Origin: Chara braunii
Taxonomy: Eukaryota; Plantae; Charophyceae
DNA: 64,000 nt
Direction: 5' to 3'
Assembly: GCA_003427395.1 (NCBI GenBank)
Contig: BFEA01000005.1
Location: forward strand, 4,743,075 to 4,807,074
Made by a program: the position numbers and the translations under genes. Under the pieces are notes generated by a model. It saw only the letters and a list, made by a program, of their open reading frames with translations, had not been told where the DNA came from and did no database searches. Of the stretch, positions 1 through 12,010 are shown piece after piece. Every line of letters begins with the position of its first letter. The first letter of the stretch is position 1.

Positions 1-403
1 CCTCTTGATCGTTTCGATTCAGAATCTAAGATAGATTCAGCTTGATCCTACAAGGATCATCTTCTGTTATCACTGATAACAGGTCGGTTGCCGATTCGCC
101 GGTTTACGATTAAACCCCAATTCACTTCTGCCACTCAACCTAAAGGCTTTAGCCTTGTGATTTGAACTGTTTTGTTGTGTTTTCATCCGGACTTTATTTT
201 GAATTGCCATTTAAAGAAAAGTACTGAGTATTTTATTTTGAGATTTGCACCAAGAGTGAGGCTTGTATGGCTAAAAGCAAGGGGAGAATGCAGAGAATGG
301 TTGAAGTTGACCCCGTGTAGCGCATGGACTTTTTTTTGTTGAATCTTTGATGTGAATGCAAGTATGTTTAATGATTCGGAGTTTGGATTTGACTGTCTGC
401 ACT

Positions 404-460
<57 letters not shown>
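404..460. repeat. (CA)n-(AT)n microsatellite
   Basis: Directly visible dinucleotide run. Confidence 0.95.
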
Positions 461-464
<4 letters not shown>

Positions 465-1249
465 GAGAGGAGTCCCACTGTGATTGTGAGAAGTGATCGT
501 CCTATATTAATAACCCTCTATATTTATGTGATATATATATATGTCTTGAGTGTTTCGCTCGGCCTACTCGGACTACGCGTAGGGGCTAAACAGGTTGTGC
601 GTTTGAGAGAAGAGGGAGATCCCTTGTTATTCTTTGTTTTTTAGAAGTTCTACAGTTGGACGTTGTAGTCCGTGGCAGTCGTCAAAGTCAAAACCCTTGA
701 TTTCTTTCCAGGCCATAGGTGAAGGAGTTGGTCTCCAAGGCCATAAGAGACGATTGTCACCACAAATTTGAACCTGTGTACCACCCACTCTCCGCAGGGT
801 GCAGAAAAGGGTGTTGTTCTCAACCGCACTTGGCGGTTTTCCAGTGTCAAGAGATCGATCCCTCAAGGCGCTTGTCAGCCGACACTTGAGTGTCGAATGA
901 GACCCTCGAGATTCACGAGGACCTCATGAGTATGGGTACTACATTGTACGTCATCATTGCGATCGCTTGCGTACGCGTGCATTGCGAATCGATATGAGTT
1001 AGCCCTGCGTCCACGCGGTTTTATACGAAGCCTCGCGCGCAACGCTGATTCGATTTCCACATCGGAGAGTTATGGGATGGCTACTAAGGGGCTAAGATTT
1101 TTGTCGTGTTGTTTGTTCATTGTCGTTCTGTATATGTATATGTACGTGAGGGTTGTATATGTTTTTATTTTTATGTACTTTATAGTGGTGTGCGTGTGGC
1201 GTGTGGGATGCGTCCTAGTCGACCGGCGACGAGTCGCGCTTGGGACCTT

Positions 1250-4200
1250 AGCCCCCCAAGATGTCGGTTCGCGTACGGGTCCGATAGAGGCGTAATACCT
1301 CGCGTACCCCCTATGGTACAGCGAACGAGAAACGCCCTCGGCTGGTCCACCTTTACGATTGCAACTGATCAGCTTTCGTACTGTGGATTGGTAGCTCGGC
1401 GGGGATACGCCCACCGAAGGGAGGTGACAACTCCCGTAAGGTGGAGGTAAGTTGTGCCTCGCGTAGGCCCTATCCTGTCGTAGGGGCTCTCGAGAGGTAT
1501 GGCTGACACACTCGGCGGGAGCCGCTTGCGGAAGCTCCATGTACATTCGTGACGAAGGAACAAACCAACTCCTGCATGACGCGACCCGGAGGGTCCCGCG
1601 CTGCCTTGTGCGGTGTCGGACCGATGCGCTCGACAACGGTCCAAGGAAGTACGGGGGAACACGAGGGTGATAGTCGAGGTCGCAATAGTAAGGCGACATC
1701 CCCGTGGCTGGCGAGACGGTGTGGTTGTAGGCGATCTCCACGTGGGCAAGATGGAGATCCCACTGCTGGTTGTCACGAACAATCTTTCGGAGAATATCTC
1801 AGAGAGTCTTGTTCGTGATCTCAGTCTGGGGATGGTAAGATGAGGAGAAGCGGAGCTGGGTATCATACACCTCGTGAAAATGTCGCTAGAATCGGCTGGT
1901 AAAGCGCGGGTCACAGTCAGATATGATGCTCAGAAGTAAGCCTTGGTCACGCACGACTCAGTCAAACACGACGTCGGTGACCTCACGTGAACTGATGGCA
2001 TAGCAGCACGGAACAAAGCGTGCACGCTTCGTGAAGCGGTCGACGACGACCAGGATAGCATCATGACCGAGGGGGGTCAGAGGACGAAGAGGACCAACTG
2101 CCAACGACCCTCAGGGATAGGAAGAGGTTGGAGCAAACCATAGGGTAAGTGGTTCGCACTGTTCATCTCCTGACAGGTGGGACACTTTGTGACGTAGTCC
2201 TTCACAAAGTCCTTGCGCTTCGGCTAGACGTACAGGCGGCTCACACGAGCCAACGTCTTGTGGAAGCCCATATGACCAGCGGCTGCCTGGTCATGGAACT
2301 GTGCTACTGCCCGGACACATAGTTGTCCAGTGGAGGGAACGCAAATACAGGGCTCTCTGGTGCCCTGTGAACCATGCCAGTACACAAGACCATTGTTCCA
2401 GAGAGAGTAGTTCGGGACGGTTTTGCCACTCCAAAGGGTCGCATGGATGTCACGATAGTCTGGGCAGTGGTGGTGCTGAGTGCGAAACTCGTCGATCACC
2501 GAGTGGTGGACGATGGTGACCGAGATGGCAGCGGGCTGGAGCTGCTCTTGGTCATGGTCAGGGCACCGGGATAAGGCATCTGCGACCCGATTAGTCTCAC
2601 CCTTGATGTGCTCAGTGGTGAAACTAAACTCGGATAGGTCGCGCCACCAGCGAGCCTGTCGAAGAGTGAGTTTCGGCTTTGTCGGAAAAACCTGAACAAA
2701 AGAGTTGTCCGTGCACATCGTGAATGGTGCCCCGTGCAGGTAGTGACGTCAGTGTCGAGCGGCATAAACTAATGCGAGAACCTCATGTTCATTAACAGTG
2801 TAGTTTATCTCAGTGGGCAGGAGATGACGAGAGCAGAAGGCTATCGGACAATCACCTGAGCGAGACTCGACAGTGCCGTCCTCGACGATGGTAGGAGAAT
2901 AGTCAATAGAAGGCTCGTTAATAGCGGGACGAGTAGGCGTCAGGCGGGAGGCATTGGTAGGGGTAGGGGGTGGGAAGCGAGGGATACGAGGATGAGAGGA
3001 ATTAGGAGAGGAAGGGAAAATCTGAGAAAGCATTGCTCCTATAACAAAGTCTAACGCACCAGTAGTAAGGATAAAAGGGCGATCAAAATCGAGTAGGTGA
3101 AGAACCTGTGCACATGTCACTGCCTTCTTGAGGGCGCGGAAGGCGTCCTCGTGGAGGGGTGTCCAAGCCCATGACGGGTTCTTCCGGAGGAGGGTGGAGG
3201 TAAGGACGTAGGAATCCCTAGCGTATCCCTAGATGAAATTACAATCGTAGCTGGTAAGGCCTACGAAGTTGCGAAGCTGTTTGGCGGATGTGGGGACCGG
3301 CCACTCCGCAATAGCAGTGATCTTTGCGTCGTCCATGTGGAGACCCTGGTCAGACATGTAGTGTCCTAAGAAATCCACTTTGTGTTGTGCAAAACGGCAC
3401 TTGCTCAACTTAGCGTAGAAGCCAATGTCTGCGCAAGCGGTCAAGGACGTCGTGGAGGTGTCTGAGATGCTCCTCAAGGGTATGACTGTAGAGCAGGATA
3501 TCGTCGAGGTAAACGAGAACGTACTGCTCCAGGATGTCCCTAAAGATGTCGTTCATCACCCTCTGGAAGGCAGCGGGTGCGTTGGTGAGGCCTAATGGCA
3601 TCACTGTAAACTCGTAATGGCCGAACTTGAAGCGCGATCAGAATGTTGTCTTCGGCTGGTCCGCTGCAGCGACACGAATCCGATGGTAACCGCTACGAAG
3701 ATCAATCTTCGTAAAGAAGCGCTTGCCTGCCAGGCGGTCGAACAGCTCGTCGAAACGAGGCATGGGGTAGTTGTTCTTAACCGTGTAGCGGTTGGGACCT
3801 TGATAGTCCATGCAGAGACGAAGAGTTTCGTCCGCTATGCGAGCAAAGAGGACGGGTGCACCCCACGGGGAGTTGCCAGGTTTAATGAAACCCAGTCTAA
3901 GGAGTTCCTCAAGCTGACGCTTGAGTTCGGTGGCCTCAGGGATCGAGAGTCTGTAGGGTGCCTGGTGGTGAACACTATAGTCAGACACAAGTTGGATGGA
4001 GTGCTCGATGTCGCGCATCAGTGGGATGCCCGAGTACGAGAACGATGATGGAAAAACGTCATGGTGAGGTCACGAACTGCGGGCTCCAGGTCAGCCAAAT
4101 ATCGTGCGAGTTCCTCAGCGTCAGCGTCAGCGTGTGATGGCGGGGTGGACTCGACGAACGGCGGAGGGTGGGAAGTAGAGATGGGAGTCATAGAGATAGA

Positions 4201-7200
4201 AGGTTCCAGAGTGATGAGCTCGGCGTCGGGACAGGGTGGATCATAGTGTAAGAGATCCGTAACATTCACCATAAAGAAGGTGACGTTGTCTTGTCGGATG
4301 AAGTGAGCGAACTGCCGAGGCGAGGTGACAGTGATCGTAGGAGATGGTGTGGGCACGGAAGGCTCAGGTGGAGGAGGATCGGGGAGCGGTGTCGCAGAAA
4401 TACCAATGAAAGGTACGCGATACGTCTGTCCACACTTCGTTTTGAGAATGAGAGTGTTGGTCACCCAATCGGCCTCGGTGTTGCAGAACCGACGAGACCA
4501 TGGAGCACCGAGAATGAAATTGTACCCTGTCTCCATCACATCGAAATGTACAGAGGAGCGGTGGCGATGAGACGCCGGGGGACGGTCAGTTCGCTCGAGA
4601 GTGAGGAAGAAAGGGAGGTCGGTGACCATCTGATCGAAGCAGTGCTGAGTCTTGTCATCCCCTAGGGTAGCAGAGATGGGAGTCGGTGACCCTGTCGTGG
4701 GTAAACGGGTTTCTTTCACCACACGTGGGTGAATGGAGTCGCCTTGAGAACCGGAATCCCACATCGCTGAGTACATCCTCGTGGAGGTTCCCAGTCGTAC
4801 TGGAATGATCATGAGGGTGCGATCAGGGTCAGAGAGGATGGTGAGAAGGCGACGTAGTGCAGCAACATGGAGGGTGAGTCGCTCCTGACGAGCCAGGAGC
4901 ATGATTAAGTCCAGAAGAGAGGATACAACGTCCTCGCGAGTCGCAACTTGAAGCTGCTCGTTGCAACGGGCTGAGCGAATGGCTCGACGCGTCGGTAGTC
5001 GCGGCGGGGTAGGAGGTGAGACGGTGGTTTGCGGAGACGCAGACGGTACTACGACAGATGGCTGAGTACACTTTGTCGGGTCCTGCGATACCTCAACTCC
5101 AGTAGCGAGAGGGGCAAACCGCGACAGGGATGTCGGGGAGCCGACTACTGAGGAGGGCGCAGGTGTACAGTGCACCGTAGCTAGGAGGCGCCTCGGGGAT
5201 GTGAGGCGCCGGGGGGGGACTGAGCACGACCCTGGCGGGAAAGGTCAGCGTAGTGGCGGTCGAGGGCAGCGGTATAAGGGCACCCTGAGGAGGTATGATC
5301 GTCCTGGTGGCAGCGCAAAACACCCACGGCGGCCCAAAATGGTCGAGCGCTCCTCAGCGAAAAGGACGCCACGAGGAGGGACAAAGCCTTGAGGGAGGTC
5401 CTGCTGAGGGCCTCGGGGGGCGACGTGCCAATGTAACCAGAGTGGTTGCGTGCCAGGAAGAGGGTGGAGAGGATGAGTTGGAGGCGCTCGGCCATAGGGA
5501 GAGTAGAGTCCTCCAGGTGGAAGTGGACGGCCTCGCCGATGTGGAGGTCGTCGCTATGGTCACCCTCAGGCGACAGCGGGGCAACAGCGTCCTGCTCACC
5601 ATATTCGAGCGCGCTGCAGCGTCGCGAGAAGTGGCGGCCCTACTGCACGGAACGGCGAGGGCAGCCACGGAAAGGGGAGCGGCGCTGGGAAGTGTCGTGA
5701 GAGGAGGAGGGGGCGTAGCCAGTACGCTGAGGCTGGGAGGAGGAATCGGGGTGAAGACGAGCCCCCATCCGCTGATGGGTCCTGGCGGTCTCATAGGCCT
5801 GCGGGGCCGATGTGAACTCATACCGCCATAACTCGGAGCGATACTCAAGGGGAAGGTTGGTCAAGAAACGGGCGATGAGGGCAGCCTCAGGGAGGAACGC
5901 CACATCACAAACGGAGGCGGGCGTATTGAAATGATGGCACACCACTTGTCCGCTTGGCGGACATTGCCCTGTACAACGGTACAGGGATACTCATGTCTTG
6001 GTGGTTGGAGTCTGCCACTCGCATGCTCCAGCTCATGGGCGCCCCACCCGACACGTGGGTGGGTCACCTCTCCACGTGCCTGCATGGCGGTCCTTTCGAC
6101 GCCTGGGAGGATTTCTACACACACTCCCTTCGTGAGGGCCGGACCCCGACCTTCATAGATTTTCAAGCGTTCCTCGAGGACTACTTCGGAGCCCGACATG
6201 ATGTCACTGACGCCTTCGAGCGCGTCGTCAGCACATGCTGGTCCGACTCTGGTGGTGTTGCCGGTCTGGACCACCACATCCAGGTCTTTCAATACGCCCG
6301 CCTCTATTTGTGATGTGGCATTCCTCCTTGAGGCTGCATTCATCGCCCGTTTCTTGGCCAACCTTCCCCCTGAGTACCGCTCCAATTTATGGCGGTACGA
6401 GTTCACATCGGCCCCGCAGGCCTATGAGACCGCCAGGACCCATCAGCGGATGCGGGCCCGTCTTCACCCCGATTCCTCCTCCCAGCCTCAGCGTACTGGC
6501 TACGCCCCCTCCTCCTCTCACGACACTTCCCAGCGCCGCTCCCCTTTCCGTGGCCGCCCCCGAGGAGCGGAGGCCTGTGCTACGGCTGAGTAAGTCAGCG
6601 CAGGTCCTAGAAAAAGGGCGCAGCTGACTGTACACCCGGGCCGCATGGGGGAGCGATGGGGGAACAGCAGCAGGTTGCGAGGGAACTGCGGTAGAAGAGG
6701 TTGCAGCAACCGAGGGAATAGGAAGAAGGTAGGATGGGGCTGGATAGGGTGCAGGGCGAGGGAAGCGAGCCTGTATGGAAGGAAGAGTGGAGGAAGAAGG
6801 GGGTGCGTCCGAAGGCGCGGCCATCTGTGAGGGTGGGGGTGGCTGAAGGCGTAAGAGGGTGAGGTCGGCCCGGGTCTGGGTAAGCTCGTCCTCGAGACGT
6901 CGAACGTAGATAGAGCGAGGAGTGGCAGGAGGAAGAGTGGGGGAGGTGGACGCACGAGCGGCGCGGGGCATCCCACAGGGGGGAGAGTCGGGTGGCGCTG
7001 CGGTCGTGCGAAGGGGAGGGAGAAGCGGGGCAACCGAAAAAGTTGAGACCACGGCAGGGGATTGTGGTCCCGTGGCCGTAGCGACCGGAATCTGGGCGGT
7101 TGTGCCCGTAGGGTGGGGGAGGGTCTGGCCCGTGGCAGCCGTCGCGCTAGGAGCGTGGACGATCACCAGGATGGTCGGGTCGGGGGCGGCAGAGGAGGAA

Positions 7201-7630
7201 GCTTTGTCGTGGCCACCATGTCGGAGGACGGGGGACCCGGACTTGGAGCCAAGAAGAAGAAGAGAGAGAGTTGGGAGAGGAAGGACGACCAGCGTCTTGG
7301 AGTTGCCGCAGGCCAGCGACAAGAGTCGCCACCTGTGCTTGTAAGGGCGCAAGGAAGGAGGTGATGAGGGTGTGCAGATCCCCCTGGGGCTGATGGCCCT
7401 GGTCCGTCGGCACGGGTGTGGAGCCCGATGCCGAGGTCGTTGTCGCCTCGGCGACTTAGGACACACCGTCAGTCATAGGGAGGTAACGGGCCGGACTAGA
7501 GAGGGTCGGAGGAGGTCCGCGTGAGCAGAGGGCGTAGGGGAGATCTATGATAGAAGGCGACGGGCGGCGCTGGTAAATTGAGCGAGGGCGTCGTCAAAGG
7601 GGGACGGGTGGTTCGGATCCAGGGTGCCTG
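1250..7630 (-). mobile_element. Decayed Ty3/Gypsy LTR retrotransposon 1 (gag, protease, RT, RNase H, integrase); LTRs not resolved and ends approximate
   Basis: Minus-strand order: gag (~7470-5180, degenerate zinc knuckle RCHQDDHTSSGC), protease (SAMWDSGSQ), RT ([32 protein letters not shown]; 4018-3229), RNase H (~3120-2550), integrase (GHMGFHKT..CPTC, AYNHTVSPATGMSP). Many frameshifts and stops. Confidence 0.93.
5659..6559. repeat. Inverted repeat, ~273-bp arms (5659-5931 and 6287-6559), in gag of element 1
   Basis: Manual alignment shows about 15 mismatches in 273 bp (~95%). The 355-bp spacer encodes gag core on the + strand. Confidence 0.95.
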
Positions 7631-7661
7631 AATGAGAAGGGAAAGTGAGGGGGGGGGGTGG

Positions 7662-7700
7662 AGAACCCTAAACCCTAGAAAAACCCTAAGAAAACCCTAA
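7662..7700 (+). repeat. Degenerate telomere-like/telo-box cluster (AACCCTA x4)
   Basis: gagAACCCTAAACCCTAgaaaAACCCTAagaaAACCCTAa. Confidence 0.7.
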
Positions 7701-8849
7701 CTGGAGTTTGAGTGGTTAGGGTAGGTTACCGGTGACCTAATCAAGAAAATAAAATAGCAAGCATAGGAAGGGAAAAAATAATTAAATAGTGAAATTTTGA
7801 GAGAAAAGTGAAAATAAATAAAAAATAAATAAAGAATAAAAATAATTAAAGAAATAAGTAAACACAATATGCAGAGAGAAATAATATTTATTTCTTTTGG
7901 AAATTTTGGCTGAATTTCCCTACCCCCCATGGGGTCAGGAATGTGTGAAGGGAAAGGAGAGACTAGATAAGCACATTAAGTTTCAAAATGTCGAAAATTA
8001 AAAAATTTCAGAAAATAAATAAAGAAATAAAAAAGACATAAATAAATAAATAAGTAGATGAGGAGATGGAGAGAAAAGTGTCTGATTTTTCAAAAATTTC
8101 GGCAACATTTTGTTACCCCCATGGGGTCGAAGTTTGCCGTCAAGAAGAAAGGCTAAGTAAAATGAGAAGATTTTGCCAGCACTGCACTACTCCCAAGGGG
8201 TCAAAATGTGTTGAAAAGACTAAGTGAAAGAAAAAACAGAAAATTTTGGCACCACTTCGTTACTCCCACAGGTTCGGAATGTGTGCCGAAAGCAAGAATG
8301 ACTAACTCCTAATCAAATTTAAGGGTGCCGCAAAGAAATTCAAATTTCAGAAGGGGAAAAAAAAAAAAAAAAAAATCAAAAAATTAAAAAAAATGGTGGA
8401 AAATAAGATAATTCGAATTTTTAAAAAAATGAGGAAATATAAATCAAAGAAAGATAAAAAGAAGAAAAAATAGAAAGAAAAAAAAATCGAAGTAGGAGAG
8501 AAGGGGGATGAAAAAGTGAAGGAGAAAAGAGAGAAATAGGTGGGAGAGAGAAAAGAGTAAAGGGGGAGATGAGAGAAGTGATGGGTTGTAGTTGGGGGAG
8601 AGGGGGGGTGAGAGAATGGGAGAGAAAGGGATGGGAAGGGTGGGGAGGGATCAAGAAGCAAAGAAAAAAGGGGAGAAAGAAAAGAAAATAAATGAATAAA
8701 GTAGAGTAAAATAGTGGGTGGTGGGAAAAAATGTGGGGTGCGAAGAGGGGTATGAGTGGTGAGAATGATTAGAAGGAAGTGAGTGAGGCAGAAGAGAGAG
8801 AAAAGGTAGAGAAAGTGGGTTAGTAGGGAGGAGGAAGAGAGTGGGATGA

Positions 8850-9947
8850 TACCTGGTCATTGGTGTCTCCAAGGGCACAAGGTATACCACGACCAGGAGG
8901 GTCTTGGCCTTCGCTGCCACAAGCCAGCTGGAGGACAGAGGGGGCTGAGATCTTGATCAACCCCTAGCAGCAGTACTGCAAATCTGTAGATCTAGGGTAG
9001 GTTGTGTGAGCAGACCCTCACCAGTGTAGAGCAGCCCCCTGATCAGGGGGGTCTTCAGTTTCACAGCAAGCTTCCACCTGGCACTGTAGATGACCACGTG
9101 TGCAGGCAGCAGCAGCCAGGGGGGGGGGGGGGGGGGAAATAGCAGCCCAGCCGTTACTGCCCTGCTGGCCGCTGCTCGCCGGGGGGGGGGGGGGGGGGTA
9201 AATAGCTGGCATGCACCTCTTCAAGAGCTGCGTGCCGCAGTACATAACCATAAACACACTGTGGCGAGTGTGTTATAGCAGCAGCTACGCATGCGTATAG
9301 CCAGCAGCTGCCCAGGTTCAAACCCTGGTGGCAGCGTACATCCCAGAATCTTGATAGTATAAAATCCGAGAGCAAGGCGGGGCGGGGCACCGACAACGGG
9401 GCAGCGTGTGCGTGTGCAACGGCCTTGGCCTTGGTGCTTGCACGCATGTGTCGTAACGCCGCTTCTCTTTTCGCGCCACGTGGCGGCTCCTTGCTGCTGC
9501 ACCTTTTCTTGAATTTCCTGTTGTTTTCCGCTCCAGACAACAAAAAAATAGCGAAAAACCCCGCTGTCGGGTTTCGCCGTTTTCCCTGCTGTGCGGTGTG
9601 GCAGGTGGGAGCGGGGAGCGTTCCCGCTCTGATACCAGTGTGACAGACCCACCAACTGTGGTGCTCCGCCTGGGACAGAGATGGAGATGGAGGATGAAGG
9701 GGGAGCGAGATGGCAGAACACAGCTCCCACGTTGTACTCCAACGCACGTACTCCAAGATGTGCGAATGTAGAATGACCCAGAAAACAGACAACAGCTTGG
9801 GTATAACCTAGCGGACTGACGGGACTAGATTGGACTGGCTGGTACCAACAGAGGTACCGACCTGGATTGGACTACCCCGAATACAACACAGGCCTGTGAG
9901 AACAGGCCAAGGGGCTGGTCTCACAGGCCAACCAGAGGTCCGCTACA
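8850..9947 (-). mobile_element. Truncated LTR element 5' end: ~309-bp LTR (9639-9947), tRNA-iMet primer-binding site (PBS) and leader
   Basis: The minus strand reads TGTAGCGG...CTGTCACA, then C, then TGGTATCAGAGC. A (CT)n tract abuts it at 9948. No second copy of this LTR was seen in the window. Confidence 0.75.
9626..9637 (-). promoter_or_regulatory. Primer-binding site complementary to the 3' end of initiator tRNA-Met
   Basis: + strand gctctgatacca is TGGTATCAGAGC on the minus strand, the canonical plant retroelement PBS. Confidence 0.9.
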
Positions 9948-9982
<35 letters not shown>

Positions 9983-10974
9983 CCCACTCTCCTACATTCA
10001 TCTGTAGGAAGAAAATTAATGTACCGCAACAATTGGGAAGATACAACAGGAGGTGTATTGAAAAAATGACATAAGCCGGTAGGGGTGAACTGAAAATTGT
10101 TTGGGCCCTCTGAAAGTTGGCATGTACAAAATATTTTGAAAAGTTAGACCGGTACCTAATAGGGGTATATTGCAAAGATGGGTACCGGGTATTTTGAAAA
10201 GTTTGACGGATACTTGGCAGGGTATATTGCAAAAGTGGTGGGTCCAATTCACATGAAGGGTATTTTGTAAATATTGTCTTATTGTTAGAAGGGTATTCCG
10301 CTATACCCATATCGTTTCGGGCGCATTTTGACATTTATCTTAACTTTGAGGGGTATAATGCAAAGTTTCCCTACTAGGTATTACTAACCGAAGTTTGCAT
10401 TTTTTTTTGTTCATTACGAAAATAGGTTTCAAAAATTTGTTTGTCTACTGCTATTGATAGTTCGACTTTTTTTTTATTTTTTTATTTTTTATAATAAAGG
10501 TTGTGTAGGTTGGAGACAGTCTTACGGGGGGACCCTGTCACACGGCCATCGAGGGCAGACCCGCCAGGAGGGCCGGTGCGCCGAGCCTTCCTACGCTATT
10601 GGAGCGGGTACTACACTCGCCAAGCGAGACCTCTCACTGACGGGTCCGACCTCGATGGTATCTTTTGCCCTATCTCTTCCCTGTACACCCAACACACACA
10701 CACACTTGAACCAGGTAAGACTCTATGATGATAGCTCACATCCTCACGTACCCTGGAAGGGGAAGGTTTCAACCAGGACCAGCGCTCCCTAGTCGCCTGC
10801 AAATCGCTAGTAGGACACCCCCGAACTCAGATAATGTATCTCCCAGGACATCTCGGTTGGGAGGCAGTCACGCACCCAAATCGCTGGGCCGATTCCTTTA
10901 AGGGAAAACCTCCGGCCCACCCGCCTTGCTGCCTCAGTTATGTTCTATTATAGTTGGTATTTATAGTTATTGTT

Positions 10975-11590
10975 CCAGGCTAGTCTGAAACTGAATGTTG
11001 CCATGGAGCTATGTAGGCAGTGTCTTACCTAAGACAACTCTAGACCAGCTTGTGTGCCACTCCAGGCTAGTCCGGAACCAAATGTTTCGACAGAGTCACC
11101 CTACGCAGGGTCTTATCTAAGCCAACTTTAGACCAGTTTGGGTGCCTCTTGGGGTTGTGTCATGGTTGGTACGTGTACCATTCCAAGCTAGTCCATAAAC
11201 GAATGTTTCCATGGAGCCACCCTGGGCAGTGTCATTCCCTAAGCTAACTCTAGACCAGCCTGGGTGCCACTCCAGCCTAGTCTGGAACCGAATGTTTCCT
11301 TAGAGCCACCCTAGGTCGTATCTTACCTAAGACAACTCTAGACCAGTTTGGGTGCCTATCGGATTTATGTTATGGTTGGTATGGGTATATTCCGGGCTAG
11401 TCCGGAACCGAATGTTGCCACAGGGCAGTATCATTACGTAAGTCAACTCGAGACCAGCCTGTGTGTCACTCCAAGCCGATTCGGCTCCGAATGTTTCCTA
11501 GGAGCCACCCTAGGCAGTCTTACCGAAGTCAACTCAAGAGCAGCCTGAGTACCAATCAAGGTTATATTATGGTTGGATTGTGTGTTGTTA
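10975..11590. repeat. Higher-order tandem repeat: 6 subunits forming ~208-bp dimers
   Basis: Subunit starts at 10975, 11062, 11183, 11272, 11392 and 11471; shared core ccaggctagtccggaaccgaatgtttcc...taagNcaactctagaccag. Confidence 0.9.
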
Positions 11591-11814
11591 TGTACTTTAT
11601 GCCCACCAGTCTCCGACCCTCCTTATTTTCGCTGGACAAGTAAGGGCGTCTACTCTTCTCTCCAGACCCCCTATCAGTTCCACTACAATCCCCCCTTCCC
11701 ACAAGGGGGTAGCTGCGACATCACCCCGGGCTATCCTCCCCTGAAGACTGCTGGCGACCGGCACAAGCATCATGCTAACACGAATGTATCCCTCGCATAA
11801 GCGATATGAGACGC

Positions 11815-12010
11815 TGTCCTCCAGCTAGACTTTGAACCCGTGACCTCTCCCAGGATATATGAATGCTCTAACCACCCACGCTCATGCTTACTGTCCCGGG
11901 TTCTACCTCAGCTATGGCCGGGGGACTACTCCGTGGGGTGTCAATCTAACACCATCCCGTGCATTCGCAGGACAGGCTGAGCCCGGTGCTGTAACCAACT
12001 GAGCTACCAC
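11815..12010 (-). mobile_element. tRNA-derived SINE-like element with two tRNA-like heads
   Basis: Minus strand: GTGGTAGCTCAGTTGGTTACAGCA (A box at 12006-11995), then GTGGTTAGAGCA...GAGGTCACGGGTTCAAAGTC (B box ~11839-11828). No complete cloverleaf. Confidence 0.6.

Noticed and set aside
9639-10542. Longer LTR bounded by TGTGACAG/CTGTCACA
   Set aside because: The span includes a microsatellite and an unrelated AT-rich array; the 9947 boundary is more plausible, though unconfirmed.
11815-12010. Functional tRNA gene
   Set aside because: Neither half-structure forms a full cloverleaf with an acceptor stem.
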